DNA of 64,000 nt from assembly GCA_036555035.1 (NCBI GenBank), contig DATBMB010000116.1, forward strand, positions 3,346-67,345, given 5' to 3'. The position numbers and the translations under genes are program-made. How positions within the stretch are numbered: the first letter of the stretch is position 1; each line of letters starts with the position of its first letter. Under the pieces are notes generated by a model. The model was not told where the DNA came from. It did no database searches and saw nothing but the letters and a program-made list of their open reading frames with translations. Shown one piece after another: positions 10,252-19,484 of this stretch. The DNA is from Burkholderiales bacterium. Lineage in GTDB: Bacteria > Pseudomonadota > Gammaproteobacteria > Burkholderiales > SG8-41.

Positions 10252-11560
10252 CCGCGGCGGCGCGCGGACCGCGCTCGCGCTCGCCGCGGCGCTCGCGGGC
10301 GTCGCGTGCCCCGCCCCCGCCCAGCAGCCGCAACGGGCGGTGGTGCTCGATCGCATCGTGGCGGTGGTGAACAACGAGGTGATCACGCGCGCCGACCTCG
10401 ACCAGCGGCTGCACGCCGCGACCCTCCAGCTGAAGCAGCAAGGCACGCCGCTGCCCCCCCGCGCGAGCCTGGAGAAGCAGCTCCTCGACCGCCTGATCAC
10501 CGATTCCGTGCAGCTGCAGCTCGCGCGGGAGACGGGGCTCCGCGTGGACGATTCCGAGCTCGACCGCGCCCTCCAGCGCATCGCCACGGAGAACAAGCTC
10601 TCCCTCGAGCAGCTGCGCGCGACGCTGGAGAAGGACGGCGTGCAGTTCCGCCACTTCCGCGAGGACATCCGCAGGGAGATCATCCTCTCGCGCCTGCGGC
10701 AGCGCGAGATCGACAACCGGATCGTGGTGAGCGATGGCGAGATCGAGAGCTTCATCAACGCCCAGGAGAGCGCCGGGGGGCGCAACGAGCAATTCAACCT
10801 CTCGCACATCCTGGTGAGGGTTCCCGAGAACGCCGCGCCGGAGCAGATCCAGGCGCGCCGCGCCCGTGCCGAGGAGGCGCTCCAGCAGCTCGCCACCGGC
10901 GCCGACTTCCGCCAGGTCGCAGCGACGTTCTCGGATGCGCCGGACGCGCTGCAGGGCGGGGCCATGGGCTGGCGCGACGGCGCCCGCCTGCCCGCGCTGT
11001 TCCTCGATGCGCTGAAGACACTACAGGCGGGACAGGTCGCCCCCCTGGTTCGCAGCGCGAACGGCTTCCACATCGTCCGGTTAAACGACCGGCGCGGCGC
11101 GGGCGCCCCGGTGATCGTCCAGCGCACCCACGCCCGCCACATATTGGTGAAGACCAACGAGCTTATCCCGCAAGCCGAAGCGCGCCGGCGCGTGGAGTCG
11201 CTCAAGGAGCGCCTCGATAACAACGCCGATTTCGCGGAGCTGGCGCGCCTGCACTCCGAGGACGCGAGCGGCTCCAAGGGCGGCGATCTCGGCTGGCTCT
11301 CCCCGGGCGACACGGTGCCCGAGTTCGAGCGCGCGATGGACGCGCTCAAGCCCGGAGAGGTCAGCGCCCCGGTGCAGACGCCCTTCGGCTGGCACCTGAT
11401 CCAGGTGCTCGAGCGGCGCGACGAGGACATGTCCAAGGACCGCCAGCGGCTGGCGGCACAGTCCGCGCTGCGCGCGCGCAAGTCCGACGAGTCCTACCAG
11501 GAGTGGGTGCGGCAGCTGCGCGACCGCGCCTACATCGAGTACCGCCTCGAAGAGCGCTGA
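10226..11560 (+). CDS. surA: periplasmic chaperone / peptidyl-prolyl isomerase SurA
   Basis: ORF 10193..11560 (+). I prefer Met12 (MNPALPITSRGGARTALALAAALAGVACPAPAQ, signal peptide; GAGG lies 7 nt upstream). Two parvulin domains are present (FHIVRL..., GWHLIQVLERR). Confidence 0.9.
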   Translation: MNPALPITSRGGARTALALAAALAGVACPAPAQQPQRAVVLDRIVAVVNNEVITRADLDQRLHAATLQLKQQGTPLPPRASLEKQLLDRLITDSVQLQLARETGLRVDDSELDRALQRIATENKLSLEQLRATLEKDGVQFRHFREDIRREIILSRLRQREIDNRIVVSDGEIESFINAQESAGGRNEQFNLSHILVRVPENAAPEQIQARRARAEEALQQLATGADFRQVAATFSDAPDALQGGAMGWRDGARLPALFLDALKTLQAGQVAPLVRSANGFHIVRLNDRRGAGAPVIVQRTHARHILVKTNELIPQAEARRRVESLKERLDNNADFAELARLHSEDASGSKGGDLGWLSPGDTVPEFERAMDALKPGEVSAPVQTPFGWHLIQVLERRDEDMSKDRQRLAAQSALRARKSDESYQEWVRQLRDRAYIEYRLEER

Positions 11561-11565
11561 CGCGA

Positions 11566-12555
11566 GTGTCGAGCACTCCGCTGATTGCAGTGACGGCGGG
11601 CGAGCCGGCGGGCGTCGGGCCCGATCTCTGCGTCGGGCTCGCGCGGCGGCGGCTGCCGGCGCGCATCGTCGTCGTCGCCGACCGGGAGCTGCTGGCAAGC
11701 CGCGCCCGCTTGCTGCGCCGGCCGTTGCGCCTTGCGGACCACCCGCCCGGCGCGCGCGCGGTGCCCCGCGCGGGCACGCTCGCGGTGCTGCACGTGCCCC
11801 TCGCGCAACCCGCCGTCCCGGGCCGGCTCGACCCGGCGAACAGCCGCTACGTGCTGCGCACCCTGGAGGCGGCCGCCGACGGCTGCCGCGAAGGGCGGTT
11901 CGACGCGATGGTCACCGGACCGCTGCAGAAGAGCGTGATCAACGACGCCGGCATCGCGTTCACCGGGCACACCGAGTTCCTCGCGGCGCACACCGGGGCG
12001 AGCCACGTGGTGATGATGCTCGTGGGCGGCGGCATGCGCGTTGCCCTCGCGACGACCCACCTGCCGCTCGCCGAGGTCGCGCGCCACATCACCGCGGCGA
12101 GCCTCGAGCGCACTGTGCGCGTGCTCGCGCGCGACCTCGCCGGGCGCTTCGGGATCGCGCGGCCGCGGATCCTCGTCGCCGGGCTGAATCCCCACGCCGG
12201 GGAGTCGGGCTTCCTCGGCCGGGAGGAGGCAGAGATCATCGGACCGCTGCTCGCGCGGCTGCGCCGGGAGGGCCTGGACGTGGAAGGCCCGCTGCCCGCC
12301 GACACGCTGTTCAATCCGCGGCGCCTGAAGGACTGCGATTGCGTGCTCGCGATGTATCACGACCAGGGCCTGCCGGTGCTCAAATACGCGAGCTTCGGCG
12401 CCGGGGTCAACGTGACCCTCGGCCTTCCCATCATCCGCACCTCGGTGGACCACGGCACCGCGCTCGATCTCGCCGGCACCGGCCGCGCCGGGAGCGGGAG
12501 CTTGATCGAGGCGATCCGGCTGGCGGCGAAGCTCGCCGCGCGGCGCGCCGCATGA
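11566..12555 (+). CDS. pdxA: 4-hydroxythreonine-4-phosphate dehydrogenase PdxA
   Basis: ORF 11503..12555 (+). A GTG start just after the surA stop gives VSSTPLIAVTAGEPAGVGPDL. HTEFLA and SVDHGTALDLAGTG motifs are present. Confidence 0.9.
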   Translation: MSSTPLIAVTAGEPAGVGPDLCVGLARRRLPARIVVVADRELLASRARLLRRPLRLADHPPGARAVPRAGTLAVLHVPLAQPAVPGRLDPANSRYVLRTLEAAADGCREGRFDAMVTGPLQKSVINDAGIAFTGHTEFLAAHTGASHVVMMLVGGGMRVALATTHLPLAEVARHITAASLERTVRVLARDLAGRFGIARPRILVAGLNPHAGESGFLGREEAEIIGPLLARLRREGLDVEGPLPADTLFNPRRLKDCDCVLAMYHDQGLPVLKYASFGAGVNVTLGLPIIRTSVDHGTALDLAGTGRAGSGSLIEAIRLAAKLAARRAA

Positions 12556-13364
12556 GGCGCGCGCGGGGGACGCGTCCCGTGATGCGTCACGTCCCGCGCA
12601 AGCGCTTCGGCCAGAACTTCCTCGTCGATGAAGCGGCGATCGCCGCCATCGTCGAAGCCATCGCGCCGCAGCCGCGCGATCGCATGGTGGAAATCGGCCC
12701 GGGGCTCGGCGCCCTCACGCGGCCGCTCGCGGACGCGGTCGAGCAGCTGCACGTGATCGAAATCGATCGCGACATCGTCGCGCGCCTGCGCGCCGCCTTT
12801 CCCGCGGACCGCGTGGTCGTCCACGAGGGCGACGCGCTCAACTTCGATTTCAGCGCGCTCGGGCCGCGGCTGCGCGTCGTGGGGAACCTGCCCTACAACA
12901 TCTCCACGCCCCTGCTGTTTCATCTCGCCCGACACGCTGCGGCGATCACGGACATCCACGTCATGCTGCAGAAGGAGGTCGTGGCGCGCATGGTCGCGGC
13001 GCCCTCGAGCGCCGAGTACGGGCGGCTGTCGGTGATGCTGCAGTACCGCTTCGGGATGGAGCCGGTGCTCGCCGTTCCCTCCGGCGCGTTTCGCCCGGTT
13101 CCGAGGGTCGAGTCCGCGGTGGTGCGCATGTTGCCGTACTTGCCGCTGCCGTACCCCGCGCGCGACGAGCAGCTCCTCGGCAAGGTGGTCGCGGCCGCCT
13201 TCGCGCGGCGCCGCAAGACGCTGCGCAATGCCTTGCGGACGAGCTTTACGGCAGCGGACCTCGAGCGGCTCGGTGTGGACGCCGGATTGCGCCCACAGGA
13301 TCTGCACGTCCGGGATTTCGTGCGCCTGGCCGACGACCTCGCCGCGCGCCAGAGGACCGGGTGA
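12552..13364 (+). CDS. rsmA: 16S rRNA (adenine1518/1519-N6)-dimethyltransferase RsmA/KsgA
   Basis: ORF 12339..13364 (+). The ATG at 12552 overlaps the pdxA stop (ATGA); an alternative ATG lies at 12582 (MRHVPRKRFGQNFL). KRFGQNFL, VEIGPGLGALT and GNLPYNISTP motifs are present. Confidence 0.9.
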   Translation: MRRARGTRPVMRHVPRKRFGQNFLVDEAAIAAIVEAIAPQPRDRMVEIGPGLGALTRPLADAVEQLHVIEIDRDIVARLRAAFPADRVVVHEGDALNFDFSALGPRLRVVGNLPYNISTPLLFHLARHAAAITDIHVMLQKEVVARMVAAPSSAEYGRLSVMLQYRFGMEPVLAVPSGAFRPVPRVESAVVRMLPYLPLPYPARDEQLLGKVVAAAFARRRKTLRNALRTSFTAADLERLGVDAGLRPQDLHVRDFVRLADDLAARQRTG

Positions 13365-13394
13365 AGAGAGCGGCGCCGAAAATCGTGTGCGTCC

Positions 13395-13778
13395 CTATTT
13401 TCTCTGGATGAGCTCGATCTTGTAGCCGTCGGGGTCCTCGACGAAGGCGATCACGGTGGTTCCGTGCTTCATCGGCCCGGCTTCGCGCGTGACCTTGCCG
13501 CCGCGCCGCTTCACGTCTTCGCACGCCCGGTAGGCGTCGTCGACCTCGATCGCAACGTGCCCGTAGCCGGTGCCGAGATCGTAGGACGCGGTGTCCCAGT
13601 TGTGGGTCAGCTCGAGCACCGCGGCGCGGGATTCCTCCTCGTAGCCGACGAAGGCGTTGGTGAAGCGCCCGCCCGGATAGTCGTTCTTCCGCAGCAGCTT
13701 CATGCCCAGTACCTGCGTGTAGAAGTCGAGCGAGCGCTGCAGATCGCCGACGCGGATCATGGTGTGCAGGATTCTCAT
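13395..13778 (-). CDS. gloA: lactoylglutathione lyase (glyoxalase I)
   Basis: ORF 13395..13925 (-). The conserved product starts at the 50th codon, [26 protein letters not shown]..., giving 127 aa. Its ATG overlaps the rubredoxin stop (ATGA). Confidence 0.9.
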   Translation of the reverse strand: MRILHTMIRVGDLQRSLDFYTQVLGMKLLRKNDYPGGRFTNAFVGYEEESRAAVLELTHNWDTASYDLGTGYGHVAIEVDDAYRACEDVKRRGGKVTREAGPMKHGTTVIAFVEDPDGYKIELIQRK

Positions 13779-13963
13779 ATCTCGACCATCTCGAAGTCTT
13801 CCTTGCGCGCCCCGCATTCCGGGCAGGTCCAGTTGACCGGCACGTCCTCCCAGCAGGTGCCGGGCGCGATTCCCTCGTCGGGCAGTCCCGCCGCCTCGTC
13901 GTAGATGAATCCGCAGATGAGGCACATGTAGGTCCGGTAGACGCGCGTCTCGGTGGGGGTCAT
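13775..13963 (-). CDS. rubredoxin
   Basis: These are the last 62 codons of the 996-aa track ORF 13775..16765 (-): [62 protein letters not shown]. It has the two Cys pairs CxxCG and CPxCG. The rest of that ORF is antisense to thiD/thiE/hemL. Confidence 0.9.
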   Translation of the reverse strand: MTPTETRVYRTYMCLICGFIYDEAAGLPDEGIAPGTCWEDVPVNWTCPECGARKEDFEMVEI

Positions 13964-14044
13964 GGTAATTTTTAAGTTAGAATCGAATTCTATCGAATCG
14001 TCCGGTCGCGACCAACCGCGCGGGCGCCTCCCGACTCCTTGCGC

Positions 14045-14887
14045 ATGGCCGACCTGCCTCCTATCGTTCTGGTGTTCGCCGCGACCGATCCGAGCGGCGG
14101 GGCGGGACTGCAGTCGGACATCATGACGTTGACCAGCATGGGCTGTCACCCGCTGTCGGTGGTGACCGCGATCACCATCCAGGACACCATGGGTGTGGAC
14201 GACGTCAGCCCGATCGACGCCGAATGGGTCGCGGACCAGGCCCGCTGCGTGCTGGAGGACATGCCGGTCGCCGCGTTCAAGATCGGGCTGCTCGGAAACC
14301 TGGAGCAGATCGCGGTCATCGCGGAAGTGGTGTCCGACTATCCCGAGGTGCCGCTGGTGCTCGACCCCGTGCTCGCCTCCGGGCGCGGCGACGAGCTGGT
14401 CACGGAGGAGATGGTGGGCGCGCTGAAGGAGCTGCTCATCCCGCAGACCACGATCCTCACCCCCAACAGCCTGGAGGCGCGCCGGCTCGCCGGCGACGAT
14501 CATGAAGAAGGCGGGGGTACCGATCTCGCCGAGTGCGCGAAGCGGATCATCGCGAGCGGGTGCGAGTACGTGCTCGTGACCGGCACCCACGAGAACACCT
14601 CCCAGGTCGTCAACACCCTCTACGGACAGAACGGCGTGGTGCGCAGCGATTCCTGGCCGCGCCTGCCGGGCTCCTACCACGGCTCGGGATGCACGCTCGC
14701 CTCCGCCATCGCCGCCACCATCGCCAACGGGCTCGAGGTGAGCGACGCGGTGAAGGACGCGCAGGAATACACCTGGCAGACGCTCAAGGCGGCGTTCCGG
14801 CCCGGCATGGGCCAGCACATCCCTGATCGCCTGTTCTGGGCGCGCGACGAAGGCGAGGGCGGCAGTGGCGGCGCCGGCGGGAAATAG
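14045..14887 (+). CDS. thiD: hydroxymethylpyrimidine/phosphomethylpyrimidine kinase ThiD
   Basis: ORF 14039..14887 (+). I prefer the ATG at 14045 (MADLPPIVLVFAATDPSGGAGLQSDI...). It is ribokinase-like, with GTGCTLASAIA near the C-terminus. Confidence 0.9.
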   Translation: MADLPPIVLVFAATDPSGGAGLQSDIMTLTSMGCHPLSVVTAITIQDTMGVDDVSPIDAEWVADQARCVLEDMPVAAFKIGLLGNLEQIAVIAEVVSDYPEVPLVLDPVLASGRGDELVTEEMVGALKELLIPQTTILTPNSLEARRLAGDDHEEGGGTDLAECAKRIIASGCEYVLVTGTHENTSQVVNTLYGQNGVVRSDSWPRLPGSYHGSGCTLASAIAATIANGLEVSDAVKDAQEYTWQTLKAAFRPGMGQHIPDRLFWARDEGEGGSGGAGGK

Positions 14888-14890
14888 AGC

Positions 14891-15538
14891 GTGACGCGCC
14901 GAATCTCCGGACTCTACGCCGTCACGCCCGAGCTCGCCGACACACCGGCTCTCGTCGCCGCGGCGGAAGCGGCGCTCGCCGGCGGCGCGAGGTTGCTGCA
15001 ATACCGCAACAAGACCGCCGCCGCGGCATTGAGACTTTCGCAGGCGCGCGCGCTGCTCGCGCTGTGCCGGAAGTATCGCGTTCCACTCATCATCAACGAC
15101 CGCCTCGACCTCGCCCTGGAGGTGCCCGCGGACGGCGTGCATCTCGGCGCGGATGACGGCCCGCTCGCCACGGCGCGCGCGCGGCTCGGGCCGGCGAGGC
15201 TGCTCGGCGCCTCCTGTTACGACCGTCTTGAGGCTGCGCTGGAGGCCGAGCGTCTCGGCGCCGATTATGTCGCCTTCGGAAGTTTCTTCCCGTCCAGCGT
15301 CAAGCCGGGTGCGGTGCGCGCGCCGCTCGCCCTGCTGCGGGAAGCGAAGCGCCGCCTGTCGGTGCCGGTGGTGGCGATCGGCGGCATCACGCCCGACAAT
15401 GCCCCACAGCTGATCGCGGCGGGCGCCGACAGCGTTGCCGTGATCTCCGCGCTGTTCGATGCGGACGACGTCACGATGGCCGCGCGCCGCTTCAGCGCGC
15501 TGTTCGCGGCCCGCGAGCCCGCCAACCGCGATGCGTAG
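14891..15538 (+). CDS. thiE: thiamine-phosphate synthase ThiE
   Basis: 215-aa ORF with a GTG start 3 nt after the thiD stop. The sequence ISGLYAVTPE...LQYRNK...INDRLDLA...GVHLG...GGI fits the ThiE pattern. Confidence 0.9.
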   Translation: MTRRISGLYAVTPELADTPALVAAAEAALAGGARLLQYRNKTAAAALRLSQARALLALCRKYRVPLIINDRLDLALEVPADGVHLGADDGPLATARARLGPARLLGASCYDRLEAALEAERLGADYVAFGSFFPSSVKPGAVRAPLALLREAKRRLSVPVVAIGGITPDNAPQLIAAGADSVAVISALFDADDVTMAARRFSALFAAREPANRDA

Positions 15539-15547
15539 CCGGATGCG

Positions 15548-16831
15548 ATGAAGCGCAGCCAGGCACTCTTCCAGCGCGCCCAGCGCGTCATTCCGGGCGG
15601 CGTCAATTCGCCCGTGCGCGCGTTCGGCTCGGTGGGCGGCACGCCGCCCTTCATCCAGCGCGGCCGCGGTGCCCAGGTCTGGGACGCCGACGGCCGCGCC
15701 TACATCGATTACGTCGGCTCGTGGGGTCCGCTCATCGCCGGCCACGCCCACCCCGAAGTCCTCGCCGCCGTGCAGCAGGCGGCCGAGCGCGGGCTCTCCT
15801 TCGGTGCTCCCACCGAGCGGGAAGTCGAGCTGGCGGAGCTCATCGGCCGGCTCGTCCCTTCCCTCGAGCAGGTGCGGCTCACGTGCTCCGGGACCGAGGC
15901 GACCATGACCGCGATCCGCCTTGCACGCGGCCACACGGGCCGGCACAAGATCGTCAAGTTCGAGGGCTGCTATCACGGCCACGCCGATGCGCTGCTCGTG
16001 AAAGCCGGCTCCGGCGCGCTCACCTTCGGGCAGCCGTCCTCCGCCGGCGTGCCCCCAGCCACGGTCGCCGATACGCTGGTGCTTGAGTACAACAACGTCA
16101 GCGCGCTGGAGCAGGCCTTCGAGCGCGAGGGGGCTGCGATCGCCGCCGTCATCGTGGAACCGGTCGCCGGCAACATGAATCTCGTGGTCCCGCGCCCGGG
16201 CTTCCTCGAGACCTTGCGCGCGCTGTGCACGCGCCATGGCGCGCTCCTCATCTTCGACGAGGTGATGACCGGCTTCCGCGTCGCGCTCGGGGGCGCGCAG
16301 GCGCTCTATGGCGTGAAGCCGGACCTGACCACGCTGGGCAAGGTCATAGGCGGGGGCTTGCCGGTCGGCGCCTTCGGCGGGCGCCGCGACATCATGCGGG
16401 GGATCGCGCCGCTCGGGCCCGTCTACCAGGCAGGCACGCTCTCCGGCAATCCGGTCGCCGTCGCAGCGGGGCTCGCCACGCTCAAGCTCGCACAGGCGGC
16501 CGGTTTCTATGACCGGCTGACCGCTGGGACCCGCGCGCTGTGTGACGGGATGATGCGCGCCGCACAGGGAGAGGGTATCCCGTTCTCGGCGGCAAGCGTC
16601 GGGGGGATGTTCGGCATCTTCTTCCGGGAGACGCCACCCACGGGCTTTTCCGAAGTCATGCAATGCGACCGGGAGGCGTTCAACCGCTTCTTCCACGCCA
16701 TGCTTGCCGCCGGGATCTATCTTGCGCCCTCGGCGTACGAGGCGGGATTCGTCTCCTCCGCCCACGGGGAGGCAGAGATCGAGCGCACGGTCAGCGCCGC
16801 ACGAAAGGTCTTTGCAGAGCTGAAAGCCTGA
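15548..16831 (+). CDS. hemL: glutamate-1-semialdehyde 2,1-aminomutase HemL
   Basis: 427-aa ORF with [20 protein letters not shown] and [15 protein letters not shown] (PLP lysine region). Confidence 0.95.
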   Translation: MKRSQALFQRAQRVIPGGVNSPVRAFGSVGGTPPFIQRGRGAQVWDADGRAYIDYVGSWGPLIAGHAHPEVLAAVQQAAERGLSFGAPTEREVELAELIGRLVPSLEQVRLTCSGTEATMTAIRLARGHTGRHKIVKFEGCYHGHADALLVKAGSGALTFGQPSSAGVPPATVADTLVLEYNNVSALEQAFEREGAAIAAVIVEPVAGNMNLVVPRPGFLETLRALCTRHGALLIFDEVMTGFRVALGGAQALYGVKPDLTTLGKVIGGGLPVGAFGGRRDIMRGIAPLGPVYQAGTLSGNPVAVAAGLATLKLAQAAGFYDRLTAGTRALCDGMMRAAQGEGIPFSAASVGGMFGIFFRETPPTGFSEVMQCDREAFNRFFHAMLAAGIYLAPSAYEAGFVSSAHGEAEIERTVSAARKVFAELKA

Positions 16832-16867
16832 GGATCGCCCTGTCGCCTCGGGAGATGCGGCCCGCGA

Positions 16868-17503
16868 TCACCGCAGGCCGGCGATGTATTCGGCGACCGC
16901 CGCGATCTCCCGGTCGGAGAGCTTCTCGGCCACGGCGCGCATCATGCGATTCGGATCGTTCGCGCGCTCCCCGGCACGAAACGCCCGCAGCTGGGCGGCG
17001 GTGTATTCGGCAAACTGTCCCGCCAGGCGCGGAAACTGCGCCGGGATGCCGCTGCCATTTGGCCCGTGGCACGCCGTGCAGGCCGCGACGCTCTTCGCCG
17101 GGACGCCGCCGCGGTAGATCGCCTGGCCGAGCCGGACGAGGTCCGGGTCGCGCGCGGCGCGCAGCCTGGGTTTCTGCAGCTCGAAATAGGCCGCGAGGCC
17201 GCGCAACTCCTCGCCCGAGAGGTTCGCCACCATGCCGGCCATCACCGCATTCACGCGCTCGGCGGGCTTGCCGTTGCGCGGCCGGAAGTTCTGGAGTTGC
17301 TTCAGCGTGTAATCGGCATGCTGGCCGGCGAGCACCGGGTTGACAGGGAGCGTGCTGTTCCCGTCCTCGGAATGGCAGGACGCGCATACCTTCACGACGA
17401 TCTCGCGTGCCGGCGCGGTGTCCGCCGGGGGCAACACCTGGGGGAGCGCCACGGCCGGAACGAACACACCCGCGCCAAGCATCAGGAGCCACCAGGATTT
17501 CAT
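16868..17503 (-). CDS. dihaem cytochrome c4
   Basis: ORF 16868..17725 (-). The start is placed at the 75th codon, MKSWWLLMLGAGVFVPAVALP (signal peptide). There are two CxxCH haem sites (CASCHS, CTACHG). The upstream codons translate the terminator hairpin and are not coding. Confidence 0.88.
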   Translation of the reverse strand: MKSWWLLMLGAGVFVPAVALPQVLPPADTAPAREIVVKVCASCHSEDGNSTLPVNPVLAGQHADYTLKQLQNFRPRNGKPAERVNAVMAGMVANLSGEELRGLAAYFELQKPRLRAARDPDLVRLGQAIYRGGVPAKSVAACTACHGPNGSGIPAQFPRLAGQFAEYTAAQLRAFRAGERANDPNRMMRAVAEKLSDREIAAVAEYIAGLR

Positions 17504-17685
17504 GCCGGGTCCGCTGTTTTCACGTGTCGTTTCGAGGGCGGCGCTATTGTATAGCAGGCGCCGCTGCGCACGCCAGTTTCGGGCGCGATAACAATGACCT
17601 AGGCGATGTTGCCCGGTTGTTCGCCGGCGCTGGCCGGGTGATCGCGCCAGAATCGCGCGCGCGCTGACGCGCAGAACAACAGCAA

Positions 17686-18873
<1,188 letters not shown>

Positions 18874-19476
18874 TCACGCTTCGGCCAGGAGTTGTTCCAC
18901 GGCCAGTAACTTGGCGCGCTCGATGCTCTTGCCGTCCGGGCTCGTCCTGAGCGGCCCGCGCAGATCGAGCATCGAGAGCACCGTCAGCTCGATGTCGATA
19001 CCCTGGTCGCTCACGGTGTAGACCGGCACCGTGCGCATCTCGTCTCCCGAATACAGCCGGCTCTGCGCCGTCCGGTACGGGATGCCCCGGTCGATGAGAT
19101 AGAGCTCGACGGCTTTCTCGTTGTCGGTAAAGAGCTGCAGATTGACATCGGCATACTTCCCCGCATTGCCGTTCAAGACGGAGCCCGTCAGATAGGGATT
19201 GAACCGGGCGAGCTCCCGCATCGCGCGCACCGCGGTCTCGAGCAACCCGCGCCACCGCTCCCGGTGCGCTTCCGGGTGATAGATCTGCCGATAGGTGCGC
19301 AGCGCCTCGTCGATCTCCTCGTTCCCCGGGAGCTCCCGCGTGTCCGGCTCGCCGGCCTGGCGCGCCGCCTTGCGCTTGGCGAGCGCGTAATCCTCGATGC
19401 CGTCCTCGGCCATCAGCCGCGCCGCCAGATAGGCAATGTGGCTGCGGCGGTCGTTGCGGCCGGTGTCCTTCGCCAT
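18874..19476 (-). CDS. hypothetical cytoplasmic protein with a degenerate nucleotidyltransferase-like motif
   Basis: 200-aa ORF starting 8 nt after the mrcA stop, with no signal peptide. LTGSVLNGNAGKYADVNLQLF resembles the hG[GS]-x(9-13)-DhD pattern of Pol-beta-type NTases, but reads D-V-N. I recognise no family name. Confidence 0.6.
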   Translation of the reverse strand: MAKDTGRNDRRSHIAYLAARLMAEDGIEDYALAKRKAARQAGEPDTRELPGNEEIDEALRTYRQIYHPEAHRERWRGLLETAVRAMRELARFNPYLTGSVLNGNAGKYADVNLQLFTDNEKAVELYLIDRGIPYRTAQSRLYSGDEMRTVPVYTVSDQGIDIELTVLSMLDLRGPLRTSPDGKSIERAKLLAVEQLLAEA

Positions 19477-19484
19477 CGGCGGCT

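Noticed and set aside
6964-11481. 1505-aa minus-strand ORF, the longest in the track.
   Set aside because: It runs antisense to lptD and surA and out of frame through amgK. It is Arg/Ala/Gly-rich with no recognisable domain. This is a typical stop-codon-poor shadow frame of GC-rich coding DNA, while the opposite-strand genes have clear conserved products.
13964-14044. Looked for a TPP riboswitch upstream of thiD-thiE. Also noted the 10-bp periodic repeat AATCGAATTC/TATCGAATCG (13981-14000).
   Set aside because: The spacer is only 81 bp and lacks the conserved TPP-aptamer cores (CUGAGA and the ACCUGAUCUGGAUAAUGCCAGCG-like segment). The short repeat is too small to interpret.
13964-16765. Upstream 934 codons of the 996-aa minus-strand ORF 13775..16765.
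   Set aside because: This part is antisense to thiD, thiE and hemL. Only the last 62 codons (rubredoxin) have a start codon context and a conserved product.
17515-17526. TGTTTTCACGTG, resembling a parS half-site just upstream of the cytochrome c4 ATG.
   Set aside because: It has an extra T relative to TGTTTCACGTG, and the second half (AAACA) is missing (GTCGT instead). It is not a parS.
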